A DNA stretch of 64,000 bases. It comes from Octopus bimaculoides. Its lineage: Eukaryota. The translations under genes were made by a program, and so were the position numbers. Below are positions 51,329-64,000 of the stretch, in pieces (the stretch's first letter is position 1; each line of letters begins with the position of its first letter). The notes beneath the pieces were generated by a model that did not search any database, was not told the origin of the DNA, and saw only the letters and a program-made list of their open reading frames with translations. The stretch lies in assembly GCF_001194135.2 (NCBI RefSeq), contig NC_068990.1, forward strand, positions 66,371,870 to 66,435,869, given 5' to 3'.

Positions 51329-52138
51329 CATATATATATATATGTATATATGTATATNNNNNNNNNNNNNNNNNNNNNNNNNNNNNNNNNNNNNNNNNTA
51401 TATATATATATATATATTTGTATATATACATATATATATATATACACACATATATATATACACATATATATACACACACATAAATATATCTTTTACACGC
51501 ACACATACATACGTACATGCATATAGATAGATAGATAAACAGACAAAGAGTTATGGTGTGAGATACAAAGTATATTACATGCAGTTATTCTCTCCTTTTA
51601 CCACATACATTATTCCATTTACCTATGTCATCATCAATCATATGATAGGGTTATATCGGAATAACTGTAGTAAATGTACAGTCTCCATTCGCTACTTCCT
51701 GACACTCATAAGTATCTAAGTGCAATAGTAATATTACCATTTTAACAACGGTCGACATATTACTACTTAACAAAGACAATCATACCGCCTTGAATAATAA
51801 GCACAGTCAATGATATCTACATAACAATCAAGCCATAACGAGCTGTCAGCTTATTAACATAACAGGTGAACTATAAAAACACTTAGTTTTCAAAAACCTA
51901 CAAGGCCACTAACTTCAACTCCGTTAACATTGCACACTCAGTAATAACTATGCATCGATACTAGTAATATAATAAATTATTCAGATCCTATGCAGTTCCA
52001 TCTAGGCTTCGAATTCTGTACGTCACAGACAATTTCTTTATGTATGCAACCATTACATAAAGAATTCCGATCCATTAACACAGCTTCCACATTGCCAAAT
52101 ACTGGAGAAATACGTTCACACTGGTTGACTTCATACAT

Positions 52139-52207
<69 letters not shown>

Positions 52208-52934
52208 GAGAGAGAGAGAGAGAGTGAGAGAGAGAGAGAGTAATTACTTTACAAAGACAAGCTTATGTATAAACTGTGTTAACTTACGTCAGCAAGATCA
52301 AATCAACTCTATGTAAGATCTACTGCATAAAACAAACCACAACAAAGGTATATTTTCCACAAAAATGAACTGGGTAATATAGAGAGAAATTTTTAGATAA
52401 TACTGTAATAAATTGTTAAAAATACGACAGATTTTAGCAAAAACATTTTCACTTCATTAATGTGTTTCATGCCAAATTTCTAATAAGTTCATTCTACCAG
52501 AATAAATCGACTTTAACTCAGCAAAATCTAGATAGTAAAAACCCTCTACTATACGTTGTGTCGTCTCACAGACATATCTCAAAAATACAATAATGTTCCA
52601 CTCCGAAAAATATCAATTATCCCAGTGAGCCATCGAAAATAAAAGAATACAAATAGTTGAACCAATCCAGGATTTCATAAAGATGATCGTAATACAGCTG
52701 AGTGTTAAGAGATTATGAGGCGATAATGTATTTGGATAGAAAGTTTGTATAGCATTTGCAAGTTCATACCGAACCTGTCTATCAGCCAAGCAGATTCTCG
52801 TGAAATACATTTACAGGTTTTAATGGAGTAGAAACTTGGCTTCTGAAGTGAACAAATACTACTCCTCTTGTTTGACAATTTCGTCATCTCACCATACTTG
52901 CCTCACGTATTTTTTTTTGTGCAAGCGTGAATAA

Positions 52935-52975
<41 letters not shown>

Positions 52976-54807
52976 CGTGCGTGAGCGTGCGCATATGTGT
53001 TATGTGTGTAAGTAAATGAAAGAATAAGGAGGCGTAGATACACTTAATAACATTGGTAACAATTATTCTCTCTTATATTGTGCGGGCATACGCACTCTCG
53101 TGTGTAGGTGTCCACTGTGATAAGTTCTATTACAACTAAATACTGTTTTAGTTTTACTTCTTTAGATGTGTCCTTCATATATTAAACAACACAGTTATCT
53201 TCCCTTCTTCAAAAAATCTTCCTGAAACCTTTTGGAAAGTACTTCGATAAAGCACGTAATATTCCTTTAAATCAAGACCACACGAGGTAAATTATAGAAA
53301 TAAAATAAAATAAATAGTCAGAAAATTGTCTTTGCTTGGAGCCAAGATTCTTATTAGATAATTTATATTTACAATCAATTTAGCATAGATTCAATAAAAT
53401 AATTATCTCCCATCTGATGAGAGTTTGTTTCAATTAACTACAATTTTCATGTTTTCGAACGAAGTTTCACTTCTCTGTTTCAAGACAAGGTGCACATAAC
53501 CACTTGACGTTTTTAATTAATACTCTTAGTTCTTATTTTTCTTTTTGTTGTTGTTTTCTGTTATATATTCTTATTAGTTTTACGGGGAAGATTATTATCA
53601 AGACTTATTCTTTTAGCCATTTTTTTCTTACCTATATTAGACATTTTCTTCTCTTCTTGTTAATATCTGTCATGGTGGCCTGTTTTCTTTCTCAAGAACT
53701 AATTTTCATTTTATAACACTTGATTAGTTGTGACATTAACTCTTTTCCTCAGCTTAATAGGCTTGTAAATAAATTTCAATGATAAATGAAACATTGTTAC
53801 CTCACACTAAATTATTGTCTTCACGATTCTGTACATAATGTTTAAAGGCGTTTTTTCTCATTATCGTAAAAATAGTTGGCCGAACCGGCAAAGCATCAAA
53901 TTTTGCTCACATGTTTTAGGATAAAATTTATTAAAACTATTAAATTTTAAACCGCACAGCATTTTAAATTCAAATCTTAGTGTGGTTAAATTTGTTTTTA
54001 ATCATAAATCTGGAGGTGTATAAAATATTTATCCGAAATGTACCAGCACCGATTGAATATCGGTCTATGATGGTGATTATGTAACTCACTGTAATGTCTT
54101 ACGTTCATTTAAGCTTTGAATTCAAATTGAAATAGTCTTTTAAAAATTGTCTTTACTGTAGGGTTGATGACATAGGAACCACGTTTATACTGGAATTGAT
54201 TAAATCTACGAAACTTTCTCAATGTGTGGTGGAGTCTCTCCTATGTACAAATCATTAACAATGGCGTCTACTGAAGAGACTGAACACGAAAATAGATACA
54301 CACACTTAATGTAAGTGTGTACATGTGTATGTGCAGCTACCGATTTACGAGTGTATATATATATATATATATATCACTGAAAAAATACAATCAAATCACC
54401 TAATCAAAGTTGTTAATAAACAAATATTCCCTCTGGAGTATTTAGACTCATAAACTCATTTTGAAAGAAAAACATATTTTTGAAAGAGAAAGATTGTATC
54501 TGATGCTTTAGTGGTTCGACCAACTACCTTTACGATAATTGACGAAAACACCATCGTACCTTATGTATAAAGTCGTTAAGACGAAAATATGGTGTTTGGG
54601 TACGTTGTTTTATTTATCATTTGAACCCAATGAAATTTATTTTCTAGATAATTGTGCCGAGGAAATTACCTCCAGAAATCTAATTTCATAGAAGACAAAG
54701 ACATGTTTCTCATTTATTAGATTTTCTTAGCTACCCCTCCGATCAATCATTTTTATCGCTGACACTTGCTTCTTTTTCAGTCCCTTAAAAAATTTTGCTA
54801 GAATTAA

Positions 54808-55009
54808 GGCGGCGAGCTGGTAGAAACGATAGTACGCCGGGCGAAATGCTTAGTCGTATTTCGTTCTGAGTTCAAATTCCACCGAGGTCGACTTCGCTTT
54901 TCATCCTTTCAGGGTTGATAAATTATGTACCAGTTGTGTACTGAAGTCGACCTAATTACTGGCTCCCTCCCCAAAAATCTCAGGCCTTGTGCCTAGAGTA
55001 GAAAAGAAT
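54808..55009 (+). mobile_element. SINE family B copy, the only plus-strand SINE found
   Basis: GGCGGCGAGCTGGTAGAAACGATAGTACGCCGGGCGAAATGC..GAGTTCAAATTCC..GCCTTGTGCCTAGAGTAGAAAAG. 18-bp TSD ATTTTGCTAGAATTAAGG at 54792-54809 and 55010-55027. Confidence 0.92.
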
Positions 55010-57049
55010 ATTTTGCTAGAATTAAGGTCCGAATGCTAAAGCACTTTCCCATTCAATTACAGTTCTAAGATAGTCTTAAATTTTGTACCTCCTGTGTTGT
55101 TTAGTTTAAATATCGAAGTATGTATGCATGTATGTATGAGCATAGAAACATATATGCATACCTACATATATATNNNNNNNNNNNNNNNNNNNNNNNNNNN
55201 NNNNNNNNNNNNNNNNNNNNNNNNNNNNNNNNNNNNNNNNNNNNNNNNNNNNNNNNNNNNNNNNNNNNATATATATATATGTATATATAGAGTACATGTA
55301 GATATTTATAGAAGTGTATCTATATACGTGTAAACATATACATACGTATACTTTTATATATGCAGATAAAAATTCATATATATGTGTGTACTTGTATGCG
55401 TGTGCTTCTGTGCCTCTGGGCCTCTCTGCCTCTGTCTGTGTCCTTATGTGTCTGTTTACATAGCTGCGTACATTCCTGCCTGTGTCTTTTACAATATAAT
55501 CATCCTGGCCAGTTTCACTTTAACAGACAATATTGACAAGTGGATGTAGATTACCAGTACAACGCATACAGCAGCTAAATGTAATACTTTGCGAAAGAAG
55601 AGGACAAAAGCTTTGGAAAGTTACCAGAAATGGTATTAGACTGACACTAATCTCATTATTTTTCAAAGATAAGTTAGTTTCCTACGATATAATTGCTATA
55701 GCCAAAACGGCGGAAATACCCGTATCATTTTATTTTGTCTAGACATGTTATTGGTAGTTATCTACGATGTTTCTCATACCAGTTTTCTGGAACGTTCTCG
55801 TCAGATGTGGGTCATTGTACGATAGGGAACTATAACGAGGGATTGTCATATTTATACGTTCTCTTTTAAAAATATTTTTGTTGTGATTACCTACCTTCTG
55901 GCGGTAATCCCATATTCCACGTTTGGTCTTTTATTTCTTCTGTACACGGTAACTAATTGCTTAGTTATGCAACCACATATGATCAGACGGCAGTTAATTT
56001 GCTACAAAGCTTCTCTTCGTGTTTTATCACTTTTCTTCATAATATGATTAACCCTGTTGTTAACCAATAAGACTGACATATTCTCCTGCCTCTGAACATA
56101 AATATACAATTAGTGAAATAGAAATCCTATAAATAAATACGTGTTACCTCTCTCGCTCACTCTGTTACATGCACAAACACCCCTCCCCCACACAGAGATG
56201 TATGAATATAAATTTGTCAAAATCTCTTCGCTGGTATTTGGATATTTTTCTGTAGATCAACTCCTTTCCATTTTTCAGAATGACATTATAACAGGTGTGA
56301 CAACATTATTCTTCTTCTTAGGTAGCATATATGTTCATTTCTCTGAGCGTGTACGTATTATGCTTACATGTAAATACGTAAGCATGTAAGAATATGCATG
56401 TGTGTGTGTGTGCGCGCCTGCACGCGCGTATATGTGTGTGATCGCGCGCGTGTTTATGGGTATGTATGTGTGTATGCGCACGTGTATATGTGTGTATATG
56501 TGTGTGCGTGTGATTATACATAAAGATTATATTTAAAGAGATATGTTTTTGCTTTACCAAAGAAACATTAGCTTCATAACGTATGTTATCGCTTCAACCC
56601 TAAAAGAATTTTCATCGTAGTCGTTGTGTGGGAATACCAATCGTGTCCTTCAATCATTTTATAATGAGGAGAAAGTCCAATTGGTCCAAGTTACTTAACT
56701 ATTGTAGATTATTTGTTCAGATTGATGCGTTGGTGAGGTAGATACCATAAAAGAAGACTACTTTCTTACGCTAAAGATAAATCTCTATTTTAATATTATT
56801 TTACACCGAATATCTTTAGGCGCCTCCAGGTTGGTTCATATACGTATAAGCGTTGGCTTTTGAAAAATCGTCAAAAGATTTTATTTCTCGGTAGCTAAGA
56901 AATACGATGAGACAATAAATATCATGAAAATTACGTAGAACAAAGATGTTAAATAATTTTGGGATAAGTTGTTGAAGACCTATTTTGGCTGCCTATGACA
57001 AAACAAATATTTTGGATATTTGTAATTATCATTTATTCTTCTATTCATC

Positions 57050-57400
57050 TAATGGTGTCAGTTGTAGGAGTGAGGTCATACTGGAGCACCGCTTTTATTT
57101 TGTTCCAGTTTTGTTATCGCTTTATGGTTGAAAGTTGGTAAATTATTGAGTTTGGGGTAGCTGATGTCTGAGTGTATCCCTAAATGATTGGCTGGTTTAA
57201 TATCTTCAATAGAAGTTTATCCAATGTTTTATATTTCAATGTAGATGTCCCTTTTATATTTATGATTTCTTGGGGTAGGCAGTTGAACAATTGAGGATCT
57301 CTAAATATCAGAATGGTTCAATAGAATGGTTTTGCTCGTGATTTCGAAGGTGGTGGTATGTTTGGCAGTTGACAGTTTCTACCAGACCGTACATTAAAAT
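57050..57400 (-). mobile_element. CR1-like LINE 3' fragment, older copy
   Basis: FRDPQLFNCLPQEIINIKGTSTLKYKTLDKLLLKILNQP parallels FKDPLLFNSLP..FKKQHDLLLSKIPDEP at 60.8k; ends in AAAGCGGTGCTCCAGTATG. Confidence 0.7.
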
Positions 57401-57494
57401 TCTTTCTAGTGCTGAATTTTGAGACATATATCATACACATATATCATATGTATGTATGTGTGTGTGTATATATACATATATATATATATAAAGG

Positions 57495-57810
57495 TATTGG
57501 TTAAAGACCTCCTTCGGTCATGAATGGCCATGGAATTGCACCTAGAAAGTTACCCTCCGAGGCAAAGTCCGAGCAAGGTTGTTTATGGAAGACCAGCGGT
57601 CGTCCATGTCTACCAGCCTCCCCTCTCCACACCACTGATGTTATTCAAGGGAAAGGAAAAGACCGATACAGATTTGCACCAGTGACGTTGCAACTCATTT
57701 CTACAGCTGAATGAACAAGAGCAACAAGAGATAACGTGTTTTGCTCAAGAGCACAATACACAGCCCGGTCGGGGAATCGACCTCACTACTTCATGATTGT
57801 GAGCCCGACG
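57495..57810 (-). mobile_element. tRNA-derived SINE, family C
   Basis: Minus head ..GGCTCACAATCATGAAGTAGTGAGGTCGATTCCCCGACCGGGC (B box), CORE-like TTGAGCAAAACAC..CAGCTGTAGAAATG, and a distinct GC-rich tail. Single copy in the window. Confidence 0.6.
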
Positions 57811-58205
57811 TATGTTTGTTTGTCTGTCTGTCTGTATGTATGTATGCATACATGGATGCATGCTTGCATGTATTATGTATGTATGAATGTATGCATGTAT
57901 GTATGTATTAAAATATATAATCAAAGATGAGGCCTTGTTAAACATATAAGCCTAATAGTGAGACGATTGGTATTAGAATAGCCACGAGGACAGTACTAGA
58001 AGTGAAAGAACAAAAATAACTTTTAAATTACATTTGGCACTTAAATGTTTTATATTTTTCATTTTTAAAAGACATACAAACAGAAGGGACGCGAATAACG
58101 AATAATGAAACATCTAATCCACTCTTTTATTCTGCTACAGATATATTTCCTTGATATGTTGCTTTTATTAGCGACTTGATTTTAATCATCATTCAAGTGG
58201 GCTCA

Positions 58206-58238
<33 letters not shown>

Positions 58239-58309
58239 TGTGTGTAAATAGAAATAGAAATAGTAACAGAAAATAGAAACCAAGCTTAATTCCGAAATTA
58301 AACAGACTC

Positions 58310-58313
58310 TATA

Positions 58314-58354
<41 letters not shown>

Positions 58355-59380
58355 TAATAATAATAATAATAATAATGATGATGATGATGATGAGGATGAT
58401 GATGATGAGGATGATGATGATGATAATCACAACAGCAACTATCAACAACTATAGTAACAACAAAAACAGCATCATCAACAACAACAACAACAACAACAAC
58501 ANNNNNNNNNNNNNNNNNNNNNNNNNNNNNNNNNNNNNNNNNNNNNNNNNNNNNNNNNNNNNNNNNNNNNNNNNNNNNNNNNNNNNNNNNNNNNNNNNNN
58601 NNNNNNNNNNNNNNNNNNNNNNNNNNNNNNNNNNNNNNNNNNNNNNNNNNNNNNNNNNNNNNNNNNNNNNNNNNNNNNNNNNNNNNNNNNNNNNNNNNNN
58701 NNNNNNNNNNNNNNNNNNNNNNNNNNNNNNNNNNNNNNNNNNNNNNNNNNNNNNNNNNNNNNNNNNNNNNNNNNNNNNNNNNNNNNNNNNNNNNNNNNNN
58801 NNNNNNNNNNNNNNNNNNNNNNNNNNNNNNNNNNNNNNNNNNNNNNNNNNNNNNNNNNNNNNNNNNNNNNNNNNNNNNNNNNNNNNNNNNNNNNNNNNNN
58901 NNNNNNNNNNNNNNNNNNNNNNNNNNNNNNNNNNNNNNNNNNNNNNNNNNNNNNNNNNNNNNNNNNNNNNNNNNNNNNNNNNNNNNNNNNNNNNNNNNNN
59001 NNNNNNNNNNNNNNNNNNNNNNNNNNNNNNNNNNNNNNNNNNNNNNNNNNNNNNNNNNNNNNNNNNNNNNNNNNNNNNNNNNNNNNNNNNNNNNNNNNNN
59101 NNNNNNNNNNNNNNNNNNNNNNNNNNNNNNNNNNNNNNNNNNNNNNNNNNNNNNNNNNNNNNNNNNNNNNNNNNNNNNNNNNNNNNNNNNNNNNNNNNNN
59201 NNNNNNNNNNNNNNNNNCACCACCACCACCAAGAACACTACCAAGACCACCACTACTACAACCACCACCATCACCATCACCATCACCATCACCATCACCA
59301 CCACCATCACCATCACCACCACCACCATCAACAACATCATCATCATCAATACCTAAACCATTGCCACCACCACTACGCAT
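58310..59380. repeat. AAT/GAT/AAC/CAC trinucleotide tracts flanking a ~716-N gap
   Basis: Seen directly. Confidence 0.9.
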
Positions 59381-60594
59381 CACTGCCACCTCTGTATGTT
59401 TGTCGAAGCTAAGAATATGATCATCAGTTTTCATCTGAAGCAACAAACAAGAAACTACAAAATATCCAAAATACACTGATTTATGAAGTAGAAATATCTG
59501 TAAACGATCCTCACTCTTTCAGCAAATTATTATTATTATTATTTTATTTTATGTTTGATATCCCTTTTATACGGCTTAATCTCTGCTCAAACATTAATAT
59601 ATTCCACGTCCATATTTATAGATAATCGTTAGCAACATTACGAAGGATTAAAAAGAATTCTGACTTAATTCTGCATTAGGTTTTGTTAATGGAGCCGCTT
59701 GTAAAGAACATGAAAAGAGCTTCTTTTAATTCTCAGTAGTTCAAAATGAAACTTCTTGCATAATATAGTTTTCTTTCTTATTCCTATATACGTTTTGTAG
59801 GAGTGTAAGAAATGGCTGAGTTGCTTGAATCTAAAATAAAGCTTGTAAAAAACCTTACACATTTAGTATAGCTCTGTTATCTCGCACTCACTTTGCCACA
59901 CTTTCCTTTGATCCTTACAACGAGTGACTTTAAATAATATTTACAATGTATATTGGATCGTTCTAAACTGAATGGTATTCATTTAATACTTAAATGGCTT
60001 CATAGCACAAAGTCTGCGAATTTGCATTGCATTCGGGTTTTGGATTGCATCCAAATAATAGCGATTTTAATGCAGTTTATCCCACAGCCTAGTCAAATTC
60101 AAATGTGTTCTTGTTGTTCCAATGGATTTCACCTCACAAATTGATAACATATATTACATTAACATTTGTCTAAATATATAACCAAGTGTCTCCTAGAAAT
60201 ATTCAATAGATACTTACAATAGGGTGGAGATTTTTCTCACAAAACTGTAGTGGATATGTTGAATAACTGCAGTTTAAAATGTTCTTGATTGTATTTTTAA
60301 GATCTAACAATTTTAATTTTTATGATTTTTATAGTCTGGTCAGTACTGTTTCTCTATAAAATAGCCGAGATAACTGTTGGTTGCTTAACCGGTACGTTTC
60401 TTTAGTAAGACTTTACATCGCTTAGAGAGGAAAAGTGAAAAAGAGTAAAAGACTCACACACACACACACACGCACACACACACACATATATACACACACA
60501 CACACGCGCACGCACACACTCTCACACACACATGCACACACACGTGCGCGCGCGCACACATAGAAAGAGAGAGTGAACATGGAGAAACAGGAGA

Positions 60595-61088
60595 GGATTC
60601 TTCTACTCTTTTATATGTTTCAGCTCTGAGGTTGTGGCCATGCTGGAACACCGCCAGCGTAATCACCTCTTAATTGACCAATACTATGGGACTGACTTTT
60701 GGTGAAGGAGGCAGTTCGATACCGCTGCCCTCTTTTGAGTTTCGTACCTTGATATTGGTTCATCGGGGATTTTGGATAGCAAGAGGTCATGTTGTTTCTT
60801 AAAAACATTTACCCGCACTCCATAGAGATCCCTGACATGTATTGGCAACGAGTTAAATAACAGTGGATCCTTGAATCTCAAGCTAATACAAAAAATGGTC
60901 CTGACTTTAGATAAGACATCTGCGACTTTTGGAACAGTGCGGTGTCGTCCAATTGGAGGTCTGGTATAACTCTCAATTCCAAATTGTGATGCCAGCTTCT
61001 CCATTATCTTCCACACATATATCACTGTATACCTTTCCCATCTTCGCTCCAGAGAGTAGGCACGTAGCTCTTTCAGTCTCTCCCAGTG
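60595..61088 (-). mobile_element. CR1-like LINE 3' end with 3' UTR, 5'-truncated
   Basis: WERLKELRAYSLERRWERYTVIYVWKIM..PLLFNSLPIHVRDL..FKKQHDLLLSKIPDEP..RAAVSNCLLHQ; 3' UTR ends GGCGGTGTTCCAGCATGGCCACAACCTCAGAGCTGAAACATATAAAAGAGTAG. Confidence 0.85.
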
Positions 61089-61160
61089 ACATACATACAT
61101 AATACATACATACATACATACATACGCACATACATACGCACATACATACATGCACACACA

Positions 61161-61227
<67 letters not shown>

Positions 61228-61247
61228 ATGTATATATATATGCATGT

Positions 61248-61410
61248 ATACGACAGGCTTCATTCAGTTTCTCGCTACCAAATCCATTCACAACGCTTTG
61301 GTCGGCCCGAGGCTATAGTAGAAGACACTTGCACAAGGTGCCACGTAGAGGGACTGAACCTGGAACCATGTGGCTGGTAAGCAAGCTGCTTGCCATACAT
61401 ACAGCCATAC
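61248..61410 (-). mobile_element. SINE family A head
   Basis: TACGACAGGCTTC..GCTTTGGTCGGCCCGAGGCTATAGTAGAAGACACTTGCACAAGGTGCCACG..GGGACTGAACCTGGAACCATGTGG. Confidence 0.88.
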
Positions 61411-61910
61411 GTACATGTGTGTGTATGTGTGCGTGCGTACGTCAGGAATATGTAATCAGTACGGAGAGTACTTTTGCTTTAATTGTAATCGATACTCTAT
61501 CAACACTCATAAAGTAAACATGGCAGTTTCCGAATAAATGGGTTTTAAAAGCGAATCGACAATCCAGATGTCACATCGTCATGAAAAATACGGGAATTTA
61601 TTCTCACAATCGAATTTTTAACGCTACTTAATAATAAATATACAGTTAAAATGTAGAAGACACACCACCGTCGCCACCATCGCTACTCTGCTTTACTAAA
61701 CACTCGACTAAGATACTTGTGTGTGGGACAAATTGCTAACTTTGTTTAATATGATTAGGTAAATTCGTAGGCGAACAGGCATTAAACACCATGTTTCTTC
61801 GAACTATTAGGCTAAAGACAGAATTTGTACACAAATGCATTAACAGATGTTTAGACACAGGATTTAACACCAAGGATCTTGCAAGCGAAATTCAGACACA
61901 ATATAATATA

Positions 61911-61958
<48 letters not shown>

Positions 61959-62648
61959 ATCATTTGTATGTGTGTGTCTTTGTGTGTGCGTATTTTCCTT
62001 ATGCATTCCAAAACCGAGTTGCCGATTTTGATGCATGGGATACCAAAGGCTTCAGTAGGCTTTTGACTACCAACTAAAGTATATTTTCATTCACATATTT
62101 GTTTTTCCAAAAATGTAACATTGTCATTTTTCTTTTAGTAACCTATCATAAACGAAATTTTATAGCACCACCTTAACGACGATGACGTCACATTTTCTAT
62201 ATGAGTGTGTTCACGCGTTCGTTACATACATTACGCCGATGAGTGACAAGTATATGTGTGTGACGGTGTGTGTCTGTCAGTACACATACATTTTTGTGAC
62301 GACATACAGGGGCAGAGATATTCTTCAGGTATGCGTTAATGTATCTTAGTGTATCTTAGTTTATGTCTGTATCTTTCTCCCGCCTAACAGTGGAACACGC
62401 CGATAGTGTTTGAATATTTCATTTATATATATATATANNNNNNNNNNNNNNNNNNNNNNNNNNNNNNNNNNNNNNNNNNNNNNNNNNNNNNNNNNNNNNN
62501 NNNNNNNNNNNNNNNNNNNNNNNNNNNNNNNNNNNNNNNNNNNNNNNNNNNNNNNNNNNNNNNNNNNNNNNNNNNNNNNNNNNNNNNNNNNNNNNNNNNN
62601 NNNNNNNNNNNNNNNNNNNNNNNNNNNNNNNNNNNNNNNNNNNNNNNN

Positions 62649-62703
<55 letters not shown>

Positions 62704-64000
62704 AAATGAATAATAATAGAATAGAGTACAGATAAAAATTCCTTATGGGCCTTTCTACCATTGAGGTCTTGAAATCTCCCAAGTCATCCTCATCACGTCA
62801 ATGATATACAGGGATGAAAAAACATTGGACAGAGATTAGATAAGGGTTGAGCCTGAAGGCGTCTTCAGAGAGTACAAATGTTAATAAAGTAACATGTGGG
62901 AAATTCAGTTAGAGTAATAGAGTAGGGTAAAAAAACTAAGATAAAATAGAATAGGTGAAAATAACAAAAATAAAGTAGTGTAATAGATACGGTAAGGAAA
63001 TTTAGGAACTTTCTTGTAAAGTATTATAATATATGGTATTCCATCCTATGATAAATTAATAAAGTCACTCTCAGGAAATATATCCGTAAGCTGCGGTTTA
63101 CATCGTGCTTCCATTATACTGAGGGGAATAGTGAAGGTAGTATGTTATGTGGTGGGTTTTATGGTATGGTCCATGTTACAGGGGTCAGAAGCTAGAGGCT
63201 AGCCGCTATTTAATAGACATAGCATTATAAAAGGAGTTGGTAGAAATAACTTAAATTGAACCTGTTAATGGAAAATTAAAAACTGGGTCAAACCTTAGTA
63301 CGATGTTAATATTTGTTACTTATTGACCGAAACCTAATCTCAATAGCCCTATGCAAAGTGGGCGTGGTCAAAGTCAATCCTGTAGCTTAATTGGTCAGCT
63401 AACATTTAAAAACAATGGCGCTGTTCAGGTCCGTTAGGGCTATCTATAAATTACAAGACCAGTAAAACATAAGACTAAAATAAAAAATAAAATAAGAATA
63501 CGAATAATTATAAGAATACATATATACATATCCATATAAGAATTAAAAAATATTTCAGGCATGAATATTCAAGTTGATCCTTACTAATAGATGGGCTACG
63601 GGAAGTACCTATGGGTATGTGAGTAGCCTTTTATTTAGTTATATCAGAGACATACATCCAAACAAGTAATTTTCTGCATGAGAGTCGTGGAGGGACTCAT
63701 CTATTATTATTCATTCATTTCTATATATATATGTTTACGTATATATTGGCTGATCTCATTCGGTTACTCGTACCACTTAACACATGTTTGTTACCATCTA
63801 ATAAACATATATAATGGAATGTTTACTGACTGTTGTTTGTCGATTTTAAATCCCCTCCACTTTCTTATTTGTCTTATACACACACACTACGCACACACAC
63901 ACACATATATGAATATATATAGATATATATATGTATATACATATGTATATGTATATATGTATATAAATATATATATATAAATATATATTTATATATTATA

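Noticed and set aside
62845-62872. Minus CTGAAGA-C-GCC(TTCA)GGC hammerhead-like start
   Set aside because: The GAAA core and stem III are missing; at best a decayed pseudo-LTR.

Overview
AT-rich, microsatellite-dense animal genomic DNA with many assembly gaps (N runs). The repeat families and repeat density resemble coleoid cephalopod (Octopus-like) DNA; this is an inference, not a database result. No host protein-coding gene can be supported, and most ORFs in the track are read-through of simple repeats or gaps. The window is intronic/intergenic and full of transposon fossils: R4/Dong-like restriction-endonuclease LINEs in (AAT)n and (CATA)n tracts, a Tx1/L1-like RT, CR1-like and RTE-like 3' ends, three Penelope-like elements, a mariner, a hAT/Buster fossil with a Charlie-type MITE, and at least three tRNA-derived SINE families. 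The most notable items are: (1) a near full-length U6 snRNA retrocopy fused at its 3' oligo-T to a SINE/CR1-type 3' tail and flanked by a target-site duplication (39258-39426); (2) minimal hammerhead-ribozyme motifs with palindromic stem III, two in Penelope 3' regions (one just downstream of a tRNA-like Pol III promoter) and one orphan; (3) a Penelope-like element with an inverted partial pseudo-LTR and a junction triplication; (4) strong minus-strand bias of the SINEs.
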